Shown: positions 18,489-38,683, counted from the stretch's first letter. The stretch is 64,000 nucleotides of DNA from an uncultured delta proteobacterium (GCA_963803435.1 CAWDML010000001.1:1248001-1312000); one strand, 5' to 3'. Notes: generated by a model not told the origin, from the letters alone. Numbers and translations: made by a program.

Positions 18489-20228
18489 TCACTTCGGGAT
18501 CTCGAGCTTCTGCGTCCCGGTCTCCACCTCCGGCTGCTCGATGATGGTGAACTCGACGCGCCGGTTGGTGGCCCAGGCCTCCTCGTTGCTCTCGTTGATG
18601 ATCGGCCGCTCCTCGCCATAGCCGATGGCCTCGAGCCGGGCCTGGGAGACGCCCTTGGCCACCAGGTAGCGCATCACGCTCTCGGCGCGCCGCTGGGAGA
18701 GGTCCTGGTTGTAGGCGTTCGAGCCGCGCTCGTCCGTGTGGCCCTCCACGCGGATCTTCTTGAGCTGGGCGTTCGCCTTCAGCGTGAGCGCGACCTGATC
18801 GAGGATGCTGAAGCTCTCCGGCTTGATCCGCGCCGAGTCGAAGTCGAACTGGATCCTCGTGTCGATGGTGACCTTCTCGCTCGTCACCTCGACGTGCGGC
18901 TCGCCCTCGTCAGGACAGCCGTCGTCATCGTCGACGCCATTGATCGTCTCCTTCTCGTCCGGGCACTTATCCTGGTCGTCGGGGATCCCGTCCTTGTCGT
19001 GATCCTCCTCGGGGCAGCCGTCCTCGTCGTCGAAGCCGTTGAAGTTCTCGGGCTCGAGCGGGCACGCGTCCTTCACGTCCGGGATCCCGTCCTTGTCGTT
19101 GTCGGGATCCGGGCAGCCGTCGAGATCCTCGAAGCCGTCCTTGTCCTCGGGGTCGTTCGGGCACTGATCGGCCACGTCGGGCAGCCCGTCCTTGTCGTTG
19201 TCGGGATCGGGGCAGCCGTCCGAGTCTTCGAAGTCGTCGATGTCCTCGGGATCGTCGGGACAGAAGTCGTCGTCGTCGACGATGCCGTCCTTGTCGCGAT
19301 CGGAGAGGTAGCGGCGGTAGACCACGCCCAGGAACACCTGGAAGTCGGGTGCACCGTAGCCGCGCGTCCCGCCGAACGAGGTGCCGAGCGTGGTGATGAT
19401 CTGATGGCCGGTCTCGATCTCGAACGTGTCGCGGAGCGCGAGGCTGGCCAGCAGCGGGTTCTGCTCCTTGTGCTGGAACGGCTCGTCGAGCCGGCTGTAC
19501 TGGGTGAGCTCGCCGATGATCTCCGGGTGCGCGTCGAGGAAGTTGGGGAGGCCGACGCCGGCGCCGAGGCGATAGAAGATCTCGTCGTTGATCTCGATGT
19601 TGCCGATCTGCGAGCGCGGTCGGATCCGCACGCCGAGCAGCGCGCCGGCGCGGAGGCCCCAGAGGAGATCGAAGCTGCGATCGATCGCGATCTGCGGGGT
19701 GAAGGCGACGTTGCCGTTGCCGAGGAACGAGGAGTCGTCGCCGGTGGGGATGCTGAGCTCGGGGATGAAGGCGAGGCCGATCAGCAGGCGTTCCTGCCTC
19801 ATCAGCGTGACCTTCGCGTTCACGCGGACGTCGCGGAAGCCGATCTTCGCGATGTCGTTCGTGGGGAGATTGTCGTCGCCCTTCTGCCAGTACGCGACCG
19901 GCACCACCAGGCCCGCTTCGAGCCAGGGCAGGATGCCGATCGAGCCCACCAGATCCTGGCTGATCCGATGGCCGACGACCTCGCCGATCTGGAGGCGATC
20001 GGCGAACAGCACCAGGGGGTTCCGGGCGTAGCTGAGGAAGATGCCGACCGCGAACTCGCGCCAGCGCTGGCTCCGCGTGCTGGCCACCGTGCTCAGGCCG
20101 AGCGGCGTGGGCTGGTAGTGCTCGATGTCGAGGTTGTTGCCGGTGCCGGTGAAAGCCCCCACCTGGGCAGTCGCGGGCGTCGCGACGGCGAGGGACAGCG
20201 CGACGAAAACGGCCGGAACCAGGCGCAC
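18489..20228 (-). CDS. OmpA-family outer-membrane protein with thrombospondin type 3 repeats (TraB-like architecture)
   Basis: Signal peptide MRLVPAVFVALSLAVATPATA|Q, beta-rich region, eight D-rich ...CP units, OmpA domain (FDFDSARI, VEGHTD, LSQRRAESV, NRRVEF). Confidence 0.9.
   Translation of the reverse strand: MRLVPAVFVALSLAVATPATAQVGAFTGTGNNLDIEHYQPTPLGLSTVASTRSQRWREFAVGIFLSYARNPLVLFADRLQIGEVVGHRISQDLVGSIGILPWLEAGLVVPVAYWQKGDDNLPTNDIAKIGFRDVRVNAKVTLMRQERLLIGLAFIPELSIPTGDDSSFLGNGNVAFTPQIAIDRSFDLLWGLRAGALLGVRIRPRSQIGNIEINDEIFYRLGAGVGLPNFLDAHPEIIGELTQYSRLDEPFQHKEQNPLLASLALRDTFEIETGHQIITTLGTSFGGTRGYGAPDFQVFLGVVYRRYLSDRDKDGIVDDDDFCPDDPEDIDDFEDSDGCPDPDNDKDGLPDVADQCPNDPEDKDGFEDLDGCPDPDNDKDGIPDVKDACPLEPENFNGFDDEDGCPEEDHDKDGIPDDQDKCPDEKETINGVDDDDGCPDEGEPHVEVTSEKVTIDTRIQFDFDSARIKPESFSILDQVALTLKANAQLKKIRVEGHTDERGSNAYNQDLSQRRAESVMRYLVAKGVSQARLEAIGYGEERPIINESNEEAWATNRRVEFTIIEQPEVETGTQKLEIPK
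18900..19305 (-). repeat. Thrombospondin type 3 (DxDxDGxxDxxDxCP) coding repeats; boundaries approximate
   Basis: Four pairs such as DNDKDGLPDVADQCP / NDPEDKDGFEDLDGCP. Confidence 0.85.
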
Positions 20229-20311
20229 CTCGCGATGATATCGAGGGCCGGGATCTCGGCAAGTTCTCGACGTTGACGCCCGAACAACCCTCTGGGAGCG
20301 TGCAGCCACCC

Positions 20312-21721
20312 ATGGAAAGACCTCTCGCCGCCGTCATCCTCGCCGCCGGTCAAGGAACACGGATGAAGTCGGATCTCCCCAAGGTCCTCCATGCGCTCCT
20401 AGGCGCGCCGATGGTCACCTACCCCATCCGGCTCGCCCGGCGGGTGGGCGCCGATCCGATCGTCCTCGTGATCGGCCACGGCGCGGATCTGGTGATGGCG
20501 TCGATCGGCGGCGCACGTTTCCAGATCCAGGCCGATCAGAAGGGCACCGGGCACGCCGCGATGCAGGGCATGGCCGGGCTCGAGGGCTTCGACGGGCGCG
20601 TGCTGATCTTGTATGGGGACGTGCCGCTCCTGACCGAGGAGACGATCGGCGGGCTCCTGTCGAAGCTCGACGAGGGCGCTCATCTTTCGATCGTGACCAC
20701 GCTGCTCGAGGATCCCTACGGGTATGGGCGCGTGCTCCGCGACGATCGGGGGCGCGTCACCGGCGTGGTCGAGGAGAAGGACGCGTCGGTCGAACAGCGG
20801 AGAATCCGGGAGATCAACGCCGGGATCTACTGCACCGAGAGCGCTTTTCTCCGCTCCGCCCTGGCGCGACTCCGGAACGACAACGCGCAGGGCGAGTACT
20901 ACCTCACGGACGTGGTCGGACTGGCGATCGAGGACGGGCTGACGGTGGAGGCCTACGTCGCCCCCGATCCCGGCGAGGTCCAGGGGGCGAACACGCGGGC
21001 GCAGCTCGCCGAGCTGGGTGCGACGCTCCGGCGGCGCGTGAACGCCCGGCACCTGCGGGACGGCGTCGGCATCGTCGATCCCGAGACCACCTACATCGGG
21101 ATCGACGTAGAGATCGGGCGAGACACCGTGATCGAGCCGGGCGTCCACCTCCGAGGGAAGACCGTGATCGGCGCGCGCTGCCGGATCGACGCCGGCGCGA
21201 TCCTCACCGACGCCCACCTGCACGACGGCGCCAACGTCCACCCGTACAGCGTGATCGAGGGCGGCGTGATCCACGGGGGCGCCGACGTGGGGCCGTTCGC
21301 GAGGATCCGGCCGGGCGCCGAGATCCTGGAGGGCGCGCGGGTCGGCAACTTCGTCGAGCTCAAGAAGACCAGGCTCGGCAAGGGATCGAAGGCGAACCAC
21401 CTGGCGTACCTCGGCGACAGCGAGATCGGCGCGGGCGCGAACATCGGCGCCGGCACCATCACCTGCAACTACGACGGATACGGCAAGTACCGGACCGTGA
21501 TCGGCGACGACGTGTTCGTCGGCTCCAACTCGACGCTGGTGGCGCCGGTGGAGATCGGGCGGGGCGCGTACGTCGCGGCCGGGAGCACCATCACCGAGCC
21601 GGTCGGCGACGACGACCTCGCCTTCGGGCGCGCGCGTCAGGTCCTCAAGCGATCGCGGGCCAAAGACCTGCGCGAAACCGCCGCCGCCCAGGCGGAAGCC
21701 GCCAAGCGCGAGAAGAAGTAG
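20312..21721 (+). CDS. glmU: Bifunctional UDP-GlcNAc pyrophosphorylase / GlcN-1-P acetyltransferase
   Basis: VILAAGQGTRMKS, LYGDVPL, NAQGEYYLTD, GPFARIRP, GNFVELKK, HLAYLGD, GAGTITCNYDG. Confidence 0.97.
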   Translation: MERPLAAVILAAGQGTRMKSDLPKVLHALLGAPMVTYPIRLARRVGADPIVLVIGHGADLVMASIGGARFQIQADQKGTGHAAMQGMAGLEGFDGRVLILYGDVPLLTEETIGGLLSKLDEGAHLSIVTTLLEDPYGYGRVLRDDRGRVTGVVEEKDASVEQRRIREINAGIYCTESAFLRSALARLRNDNAQGEYYLTDVVGLAIEDGLTVEAYVAPDPGEVQGANTRAQLAELGATLRRRVNARHLRDGVGIVDPETTYIGIDVEIGRDTVIEPGVHLRGKTVIGARCRIDAGAILTDAHLHDGANVHPYSVIEGGVIHGGADVGPFARIRPGAEILEGARVGNFVELKKTRLGKGSKANHLAYLGDSEIGAGANIGAGTITCNYDGYGKYRTVIGDDVFVGSNSTLVAPVEIGRGAYVAAGSTITEPVGDDDLAFGRARQVLKRSRAKDLRETAAAQAEAAKREKK

Positions 21722-21736
21722 GATTCGAGAGAAGTC

Positions 21737-26776
<5,040 letters not shown>

Positions 26777-26865
26777 CACGCGGCGTCACCCGGCATTCTC
26801 TCCTTCCCAACCCGGCGTGTGATCGTTATGGTTCGCCCCCAAACCTGAACGGGGGCTACCGACTG

Positions 26866-31321
<4,456 letters not shown>

Positions 31322-31335
<14 letters not shown>

Positions 31336-32398
31336 GGTCGAGGCGAAGGACGATCGCCGCCCACTCGGGGGTGTCGCGAATCCACTTGGTGGGCTCGTCG
31401 ACCCCCCTCCCCTTCAACTCCGCCGAGACGGAACGAAAGCGCCCGAACGCCTGCGCGAGCGGCGTCTTCTCCACGGCGGCCCGGTCGCCGCCGGCCGCCA
31501 CGAAGGCGTCGAAGTCTCTCGTGCCCTCCATCAGCTCGAGCTCGATCGACCTCAGGCCGGGATGGTCCGCGAGCAGCTTGGCGACCAGCGCGGTCTCCAG
31601 GTCGTGGCCCTCCCAGCCGTTTCGCGCGCCGGTGTACCCGGAGAGCCGCACGCGGGTCGGCGAGACCACCGAGTAGGACAGGTCGGCGGCGATCGTCTTT
31701 CCGTCGGCCTCGAGCAGCCCGGGCTCGCCGTAGGTGAGGCCGTGGCTCGCGCCGTAGCGGATCCACGCGTCGAGGTCTCCGCCCGCGGGTCGCGGCTGCT
31801 GGGCGCGGTGGGCCTGCAGCCGATCGATCAGCGCGGCGGGGACGTCGTCGAGGACCGCCCGGATCGAGGCACCGAGCGCCTCGCTCATCGACATCCGGAG
31901 CCCGTACGGCGCCAGCCGCTCGTTCGCCTTCTCGAGACGGCGCGCGCTCTTGTTCTTCTCGACGGCGGCCTTCTCGGCGCGCGCGAGCGCGAGGCCGCGG
32001 GCGATCTTCCGCGCGTCCGGCGCGATCCCGCCGGCGTCCAGGAGCTGTCGAACGTCGCGGCGCAGCGGCCGGTCGAAGATCGCGAGGGCGTGCTCGATGG
32101 TCAGGCGCACGTCGAGCGCACGGGCGGCGCTGCGCACGCTGTCCTCCGAAGTGAGGTCGACCGACGCGATCGGGTTGGCGGCGGGCGAGCGCCCCAGAAA
32201 GCTCAACAGGCTGCTGAACCCGGTGCGCGTGCGACGGTCCTGTCCGGCCGCGCGGCGGTCCTTCTCGGTCTCGGCGCCGGCCTCCTCGAGACGGCTCGCC
32301 TGTTCGAGCACCGGCGGGCGCCCGCCTTGCGCGACCGGTAGCTCGTCGCCCTCGAGGCTCGCTTGATTCGTCCGCTCGGACCGGATCTCCAACGACAT
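31322..32398 (-). CDS. Hypothetical protein (possible degenerate GNAT-like C-terminus)
   Basis: Protein-like, codon-biased part of ORF 31322..33019 starting at MSLEIRSER; fills the gap between flanking genes. Confidence 0.6.
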
Positions 32399-32461
32399 CG
32401 CAACGGAGATTTTCGGCGGTTCAGAGCCGGGAGTGCTTCCATTTGAGCTACACTTCCACCT

Positions 32462-33187
32462 GTGTGCGGCCGGTACTCGCTCTCCGTGGATCCGCTCACG
32501 ATCCAGCCGCGATTTCAGCTCGATCGACCGATCGAAGGCCCGCCCCGTCCCGAGTTCGGGCTGCCCAGGTTCAACGTGGCGCCCACGCAGGACGTGATCA
32601 TCGTCCGGAGGAACGCCGCCGGCGAGCGCGTCGGCGTCTGGGCCCGCTGGGGCCTGGTTCCGCCCAGCGCGAAGGATCCGTCGGGCGGCGGCAAGATGAT
32701 CAACGCGCGCGCTGAGACCCTGTTCACCAAGCCGGTGTTCAAGATGAGCGCACAGCTCCGGCGCTGCCTGGTGCCGGCGGACGGGTTCTTCGAGTGGACA
32801 GGTGCCGGGAAGAGGAAGCAGCCCTTCCGCCTCATGATGAGGGACGGCCGCGTCTTCGCGATGGCCGGGATCTGGAGCCGGTGGCGCGGCGCGGACGGTG
32901 AAGTCGTCGACACCTGCTCGGTGGTGACGTGCGCGCCGAGCCCGCTGATCGCGCCGTTCCACGATCGCATGCCGGTGATCCTGAAAGAGGAAGACTGGCC
33001 GCTCTGGCTCGACGCGCACGTGAAGACCGAGGCCGAGCTCGAGCGTCTCTTCGCGGCCTATCCCGACGCGGAGATGGCGGCGGTCTCGGTCTCACGCAGC
33101 GTGAACAGCGTGAAGAACGACGACCCCTCCTGCCTCGAGCCGGTCGAGCCGCTGCGGCCCGTGGAGCAGCTCGGTTTCGGGTTTTGA
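32462..33187 (+). CDS. SOS response-associated peptidase (SRAP/YedK/HMCES)
   Basis: N-terminal MCGRY, RFNVAPTQ, RWGLVP, INARAET, RRCLVPADGFFEW, HDRMPVIL. Confidence 0.96.
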   Translation: MCGRYSLSVDPLTIQPRFQLDRPIEGPPRPEFGLPRFNVAPTQDVIIVRRNAAGERVGVWARWGLVPPSAKDPSGGGKMINARAETLFTKPVFKMSAQLRRCLVPADGFFEWTGAGKRKQPFRLMMRDGRVFAMAGIWSRWRGADGEVVDTCSVVTCAPSPLIAPFHDRMPVILKEEDWPLWLDAHVKTEAELERLFAAYPDAEMAAVSVSRSVNSVKNDDPSCLEPVEPLRPVEQLGFGF

Positions 33188-33190
33188 CCT

Positions 33191-33233
33191 TGACACCTTG
33201 GCAGCCCCCCTGCGGGCGCCTGACAAATTGTCA
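33191..33233. promoter_or_regulatory. Tandem palindromic sites, candidate enhancer (UAS) for a sigma54 activator
   Basis: TGACACCTTGGCA (33191-33203) and TGACAAATTGTCA (33221-33233), 30 bp apart. Confidence 0.45.
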
Positions 33234-33287
33234 AAGCCTCCGCGGCCGAGCGCCGGATTCCGAGGCCCCCGCCGGGCGGGGCAAACT

Positions 33288-33303
33288 TGGCATGCCGACT
33301 GCT
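33288..33303 (+). promoter_or_regulatory. Candidate sigma54 -24/-12 promoter of the gsp operon
   Basis: TGGCATGCCGACTGCT has GG-N10-GC spacing, just upstream of gspC. Confidence 0.5.
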
Positions 33304-33323
33304 GGTTCCTTCCCCGAACCATC

Positions 33324-34263
33324 GTGATCGACACCTATTTCAAGCAGTTCTTCTGGACGTTCCATCTGGTGGCGCTGTTCGGGGGCGCCTTCCTGGTCGC
33401 CCGGACCGTGAACGTCTTCATCGGCAGCAGCCTCGAGACCTCGCCCGAGTCCATCGCGAGCGACCACGCCCGCGTCAGCCTTCATCCCGGCCCGCGCCTC
33501 TCCCCCGAGGAGACGGTGCCGCTGACCGCGTTCCTCGACCGCAATCTGTTCCACGCCGCCCGCGAGGATTCTGATCCCCGAGCCCGAGGCCGCCGAGAAG
33601 GCCGAAGAGGGCGTCTACGACCCAGATCAGTGCGATCCCTCGACCGTGAACGCGGAGCTGCTCGCGACGGTCGTCTCGTCCGATCCGGACGCCTCGATGG
33701 CGATGTTCGCCGACAAGGCGAAGCAGGAGTCGGAGGGCTACCGGATCGGCGACAAGCTGCTCGACCAGGCCGAGGTGGTCTCCATCGAGTGGCGGCGCGT
33801 GCTCGTGAAGCGCAACGGACGCTGCGAGAGCTTCAGCCTCCAGGAGGAGCCGCAGGTCCGGCGCGACGCCGTGGCGTCGAACGTTCCGCCGCCCGGCGCC
33901 CCCGACGACGTCAAGTTCGGTGAGGGCGTCAAGCAGACCAGCGGGGACGAGTACGAGATCCCGCGCGCCGAGATCGACAATGTGCTCTCCAACCTCAACC
34001 AGATCGCGACGCAGGCCCGCATCGTACCGAGCTTCCACAACGGCAAGGCGAACGGCTTCAAGCTGTTCTCGATCCGTCCAGGGAGCCTGTACTCGAAGAT
34101 CGGGATCCAGAACGGCGACATCATCCAGAAGATCAACGGATTCGAGATCAACAGCCCCGACAAGGCGCTCGAGATCTATTCGAAGCTCAAGGACGCGACC
34201 TCGATCAGTGTCGATCTCGTCCGCCGAGGGAAGTCGAAGTCCCTCAGCTACAACATCCGGTAG
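33324..34263 (+). CDS. gspC: Type II secretion protein C with PDZ domain (+1 frameshift at ~33570)
   Basis: N-terminal TM and RNLF, then LLATVVSSDP, ARIVPSF..GKANGFKLFSIRPGSLY.KIGIQNGD PDZ; first gene of the gsp cluster. Confidence 0.9.
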
Positions 34264-34269
34264 GAACCG

Positions 34270-36915
34270 ATGCAGGAGAACCACATCAAGCTGCCCCCGT
34301 TGGTCGCAGTCGCGACCGCGATCTCGTTCCTCATGGTGAGCACTGCGTTCGCGCAGGAGGGCGAGGAAAAAAAGAAGCTCCCGCTCCAGAAGACGCCGCT
34401 CGTGAACCCCCGCGGGCTCCGAATCCCGGGCATCCTCCCCCAGCTCAAGAAGGCGCCTCCCCCGCGCAACGTGAAGCCCCGCGGTGGGGTCAAGGGGGCG
34501 AGCTCGGGGACCGATGAGCCGGTCAAGCTGACCGCGCCCACCCACGAGGAGGGCGAAGGGCCCAGCTTCTCCAACCTCAAGAAGTCGAAGAACGGGCGCT
34601 GCAAGCCGATGGCGTCGACCGACAAGGTCACCTTCGACTTCAAGGGCGACATCCAGGAGCTCGTCGAGACGATCAGCAAGACCACCTGCAAGAACTTCAT
34701 CCTCACCAACAAGGTGCGGAGTCAGAAGTTCGAGATCCTCTCACCGAGCCCCATCACGGTGGCGGAGGCCTGGCGGGCGTTCCTGTCCTCCCTCGAGGCG
34801 AACGACTTCACGATCATCCAGGTCGGCCGCTACTACAAGATCATCCAGGCCACCGACGGCACGCGCGCGCCGGTGCCGATGTACCAGCCCGACGCGGAGA
34901 CGCCGGTCGATGATCGGATGGTCACCAAGATCTGGAAGCTCGAGCACGGCGGGGACGTCAACGGCGTCGTCAACTACCTGAACATCTTCAAGAGCAACAA
35001 GGGTCAGGTCCACCCATTTGCCGCCACCAACACGATCATCGCCACCGACTTCGGAACCTCGATCGATCGACTGGAGCGGATCCTCAAGGAGATCGACCAA
35101 CCCGGCGGCGTCGAGCGCGTCCACATCGTCCCGGTCCAGTTCGCCTCGGCCACGGACATCTCGGACAAGCTGACGCAGGTGTTCGAGCCCCAGAAGGGCG
35201 GCGCCAACGGACAGCGGCCGACGGTGTCGGCGCGCCTCAAGGTCCCCCGCCCCAACAACCCTGCGGAGGGCGGCCAACAGAACGCGGGTGAGGACGAGGG
35301 GGCGGTCGCGGTCTCCAAGATCCTCGCCGACGATCGCACGAACAAGCTGATCATCATCTCTTCGGAGCGCGCCTACAAACAGATCCTGGCACTGCTCAAG
35401 GAGCTCGACATTCCGGAGACCGAGAACAGCCAGATCCACGTGCTCCGCCTGAAGCACGCCGACGCCGAGGAGCTGGCCTCGACGCTCTCGTCCCTCTCGC
35501 AGGGCAAGCCGACCACGCCCCGCCCCGCCGCGGCCGCCGCCAGCAAAGGCCGGGTGCCGACGCCGCCGGTCGCTTCTTCCGGCGCCGCCAGCGCGGCCCT
35601 GTTCCAGGGTGACGTCAAGGTCACCGCCGACAAGTCGACGAACAGCCTGATCATCACCGCCTCCCGGGCCGATCTCACCTCGATGAAGCGCGTGATCGAT
35701 CAGCTCGACGTGGCTCGCTTCCAGGTCTTCGTGGAGGCCATGATCCTGGAGGTCGCGATCAAGCGCGACCGTCAGATCGGCACCGGCTGGCACGGCGGGT
35801 TCGCGCCCACGATCAACGGGCAGCAATCCCCGATCGTCTTCGGCAACACGCCCAACCAGGATCTCTCGTCGCTCATCACGACGGCCAACCCGCTCAGCCT
35901 GGCCAGCCTGCTCGGCTTCGCCGGCGCCGTTCGCGGGCCGACCATCCCCGGCACCGAGACGATCGTGCAGGGCGGCATCCCGGCCCTGGGCGTGGTGGTC
36001 CAGGCGCTCCAGTCCTCGAACGACGTCAACGTGGTGTCGACGCCGCACCTCCTCACGATGGACAACGAGGAGGCCGAGATCCAGGTTAACGAGAAGCGCC
36101 CCTTCCCCTCCGGCCTCTCGCTGGGCGGCCTGGGCGGTCTCGCCTCGAGCCTGGCGGGCTCGGCCGGCGCTGCGGGGGCGCTCGGCAACATCGGCGGGCT
36201 CGGGTTGGGCGCGGTGTCCTTCAACCGTGAAGACATCGGTCTCACGCTCAAGCTCAAGCCGCAGATCAATGACGACGAGTACGTTCGGCTCGAGATCGAT
36301 CAGGAGCTGTCCGACGTGGCCGGCGTAGACCAGGTCACGGGTCAGACCATCACCTCCAAGCGCTCGGCCAAGACGACGGTGGAAGTGCGCAGCCAGGACA
36401 GTGTCGTGATCGGCGGACTGGTGCGCGATCGCGAGACGATCGACGAGGCGAAGACGCCGCTGCTCGGCGATCTCCCACTGATCGGTTGGCTGTTCAAGCG
36501 CCAACAGAAGACGATGGAGAAGGTGAACCTCCTCCTGATCCTGACGCCGTACATCATTCGCGGCCCGGACGACTTCCGGAAGATCTTCGAGCGCAAGATG
36601 GAGGAGCGAAAGGACTTCATCGATCGCTTCTACGGCTACCTCGAGGAGGCGTACGTGCCGGCGATCGACTGGGACCGGAAGCTGGGCCCGCTCGCGTCGT
36701 ACCGGATCCGGATGCGCCGGGAGCTGCAGAAGGCCGAGAACGAGGGACCGGGCACGCCCGACGAGACGATCATTCGCCCGAAGGAGGAGCCGAAGACGCT
36801 CGATCTCGACCTCGACACCGACGGCGACGAGGACGGCGAGAATCCGGGGACCGAGACACCGGAGACGCCGCCCGTACCGCCTGACCAACCACCACCGACG
36901 CCCGACGATCTGTGA
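34270..36915 (+). CDS. gspD: Type II secretion secretin D
   Basis: N-domains (DDRTNKLII, ADKSTNSLII), QVFVEAMILEV, STPHLLTMDNEEA, KTPLLGDLPLIGWLF. Confidence 0.96.
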   Translation: MQENHIKLPPLVAVATAISFLMVSTAFAQEGEEKKKLPLQKTPLVNPRGLRIPGILPQLKKAPPPRNVKPRGGVKGASSGTDEPVKLTAPTHEEGEGPSFSNLKKSKNGRCKPMASTDKVTFDFKGDIQELVETISKTTCKNFILTNKVRSQKFEILSPSPITVAEAWRAFLSSLEANDFTIIQVGRYYKIIQATDGTRAPVPMYQPDAETPVDDRMVTKIWKLEHGGDVNGVVNYLNIFKSNKGQVHPFAATNTIIATDFGTSIDRLERILKEIDQPGGVERVHIVPVQFASATDISDKLTQVFEPQKGGANGQRPTVSARLKVPRPNNPAEGGQQNAGEDEGAVAVSKILADDRTNKLIIISSERAYKQILALLKELDIPETENSQIHVLRLKHADAEELASTLSSLSQGKPTTPRPAAAAASKGRVPTPPVASSGAASAALFQGDVKVTADKSTNSLIITASRADLTSMKRVIDQLDVARFQVFVEAMILEVAIKRDRQIGTGWHGGFAPTINGQQSPIVFGNTPNQDLSSLITTANPLSLASLLGFAGAVRGPTIPGTETIVQGGIPALGVVVQALQSSNDVNVVSTPHLLTMDNEEAEIQVNEKRPFPSGLSLGGLGGLASSLAGSAGAAGALGNIGGLGLGAVSFNREDIGLTLKLKPQINDDEYVRLEIDQELSDVAGVDQVTGQTITSKRSAKTTVEVRSQDSVVIGGLVRDRETIDEAKTPLLGDLPLIGWLFKRQQKTMEKVNLLLILTPYIIRGPDDFRKIFERKMEERKDFIDRFYGYLEEAYVPAIDWDRKLGPLASYRIRMRRELQKAENEGPGTPDETIIRPKEEPKTLDLDLDTDGDEDGENPGTETPETPPVPPDQPPPTPDDL

Positions 36916-36925
36916 GGAGCTGGAG

Positions 36926-38683
36926 TTGTCTCAGGAAGTCACCATCGTGAGCGCGAACCCGGTGAGCCAGGACCGGCTCGCCGGCCGTCCACTGGGCGAG
37001 ATCATGATCTCGCTGGGGATGCTCGCACCCGAGGACATCGGCAACGCGCTCGAGGCGCAGTACGACACCCACAAGGGCGAGCGCATCGGCGAGATCCTGG
37101 TGGCGCAGCGGAAGATCGATCGGGAGCAGCTGGCCAAAGCCCTCTCGATCCAGCTGGAGATGCCGCTGCTCAGCCGGATCGAGATCGAGAAGGTCTCCGA
37201 CGAGCTGGTTCAGAGCGTCCCCATCTCCTTCGCGAAGCAGCACACGCTGATCCCGCTGTCCCAGATCGGCGACTCCATCCTCGCCGCGATCGCCGATCCG
37301 CTCGACACCGAGGCGCTGGACGACCTCGCGCTCCTGCTCGACTCGCGCATCCACGCGGTGATCGCGCTCCCTGATGCCATCACCGAGGCGATCAACAAGG
37401 TCTACGACCGCGCCACCGGGCTGGCGCAGTCGGCGGTGCAGGACCTCCAGACCGAGGACGAGGACGCCGGCGACATCGACGCGATCGACCTGATCGACGA
37501 GCACGGCTCGGACGACGCGCCGATCATTCGCTTCGTCAACGCGCTCCTGCGCGACGCCGTGAAGAGCCGCGCCTCCGACATTCACATCGAGAGCTACGAG
37601 CGGCAGGTCGCGGTGAGGGAGCGCATCGACGGCATCCTCTACCACAAGGTGCAGGCGCCCAAGCACGCACAGTCCTCGATCGTCGCCCGCGTGAAGATCA
37701 TGGCAGGGCTCAACATCGCCGAGAAGCGCCTGCCTCAGGACGGCCGCATCCGCCGCAAGATCGCCGGCAAGGACATCGACGTCCGCGTCAGCACGATCCC
37801 GACCTCGCACGGCGAGCGCATCGTCATGCGTATCCTCGACCGCAGCGCGGTGCTCCTGGAGATGGAGCAGCTCGGGTTCTCGCCGCGCAACCTGAAGGAT
37901 CTCGAGAGCCTGATCACCCGGCCCCACGGCATCCTGCTGGTCTCGGGTCCCACCGGCTCCGGCAAGACGACTACGCTCTACGCGGCCCTGGCCAAGATCA
38001 ACCAGCCCGACATCAACATCCTCACCGTCGAGGATCCGGTCGAGTACCAGCTGCAGGGCATCGGCCAGATGCAGGTGAACAGCAAGATCGACCTGACCTT
38101 CGCCAACGGGCTGCGCTCGTTCCTGCGTCAGGATCCGGACGTGATCATGGTCGGTGAGATCCGCGATCGTGAGACGGCGGAGATCGCGATCCAGGCCTCC
38201 CTGACCGGCCACCTGGTGCTCTCCACAGTCCACACGAACGACGCCCCCGGCGCGGTCACCCGTCTGGTGGAGATGGGCGTCGAGCCCTTCCTCGTCTCCT
38301 CCACGCTGATCGGCGTGCTGGCGCAGCGCCTGGTGCGAACGCTCTGCAGCGCCTGCAAGGAGGCGTACGAGCCGAGCGCCGAGGAGATGCAGAAGATCGG
38401 CGTGAAGCCGCGGCCCGACCTCCGCTTCTATCGCGAGGTCGGCTGCTCGAACTGCCTCAACACCGGATACAAGGGCCGGCTCGGGATCTACGAGCTGCTG
38501 CTGATCAGCGACGAGATCCGAAAGCTGATCCTCAAGAACGTCGACGCCGGAACCATCAAGCGGGAAGCGACGAGCTCGGGGATGAAGACGCTCCTGACGG
38601 ACGGCATCGACAAGGTCCTCAACGGCATCACCACCCCCGAGGAGGTGCTGCGCGTGGCCAAGGACGAGGAGGTGTTCGTATGA
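36926..38683 (+). CDS. gspE: Type II secretion ATPase E
   Basis: ASDIHIE, RLPQDGR, GPTGSGKTTTLY, LRQDPDVIMVGEIRD, LTGHLVLSTVHTN, CxxC...CxxC. Confidence 0.96.
   Translation: MSQEVTIVSANPVSQDRLAGRPLGEIMISLGMLAPEDIGNALEAQYDTHKGERIGEILVAQRKIDREQLAKALSIQLEMPLLSRIEIEKVSDELVQSVPISFAKQHTLIPLSQIGDSILAAIADPLDTEALDDLALLLDSRIHAVIALPDAITEAINKVYDRATGLAQSAVQDLQTEDEDAGDIDAIDLIDEHGSDDAPIIRFVNALLRDAVKSRASDIHIESYERQVAVRERIDGILYHKVQAPKHAQSSIVARVKIMAGLNIAEKRLPQDGRIRRKIAGKDIDVRVSTIPTSHGERIVMRILDRSAVLLEMEQLGFSPRNLKDLESLITRPHGILLVSGPTGSGKTTTLYAALAKINQPDINILTVEDPVEYQLQGIGQMQVNSKIDLTFANGLRSFLRQDPDVIMVGEIRDRETAEIAIQASLTGHLVLSTVHTNDAPGAVTRLVEMGVEPFLVSSTLIGVLAQRLVRTLCSACKEAYEPSAEEMQKIGVKPRPDLRFYREVGCSNCLNTGYKGRLGIYELLLISDEIRKLILKNVDAGTIKREATSSGMKTLLTDGIDKVLNGITTPEEVLRVAKDEEVFV

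Noticed and set aside
21722-21736. glmS ribozyme
   Set aside because: Only 15 nt separate glmU and glmS
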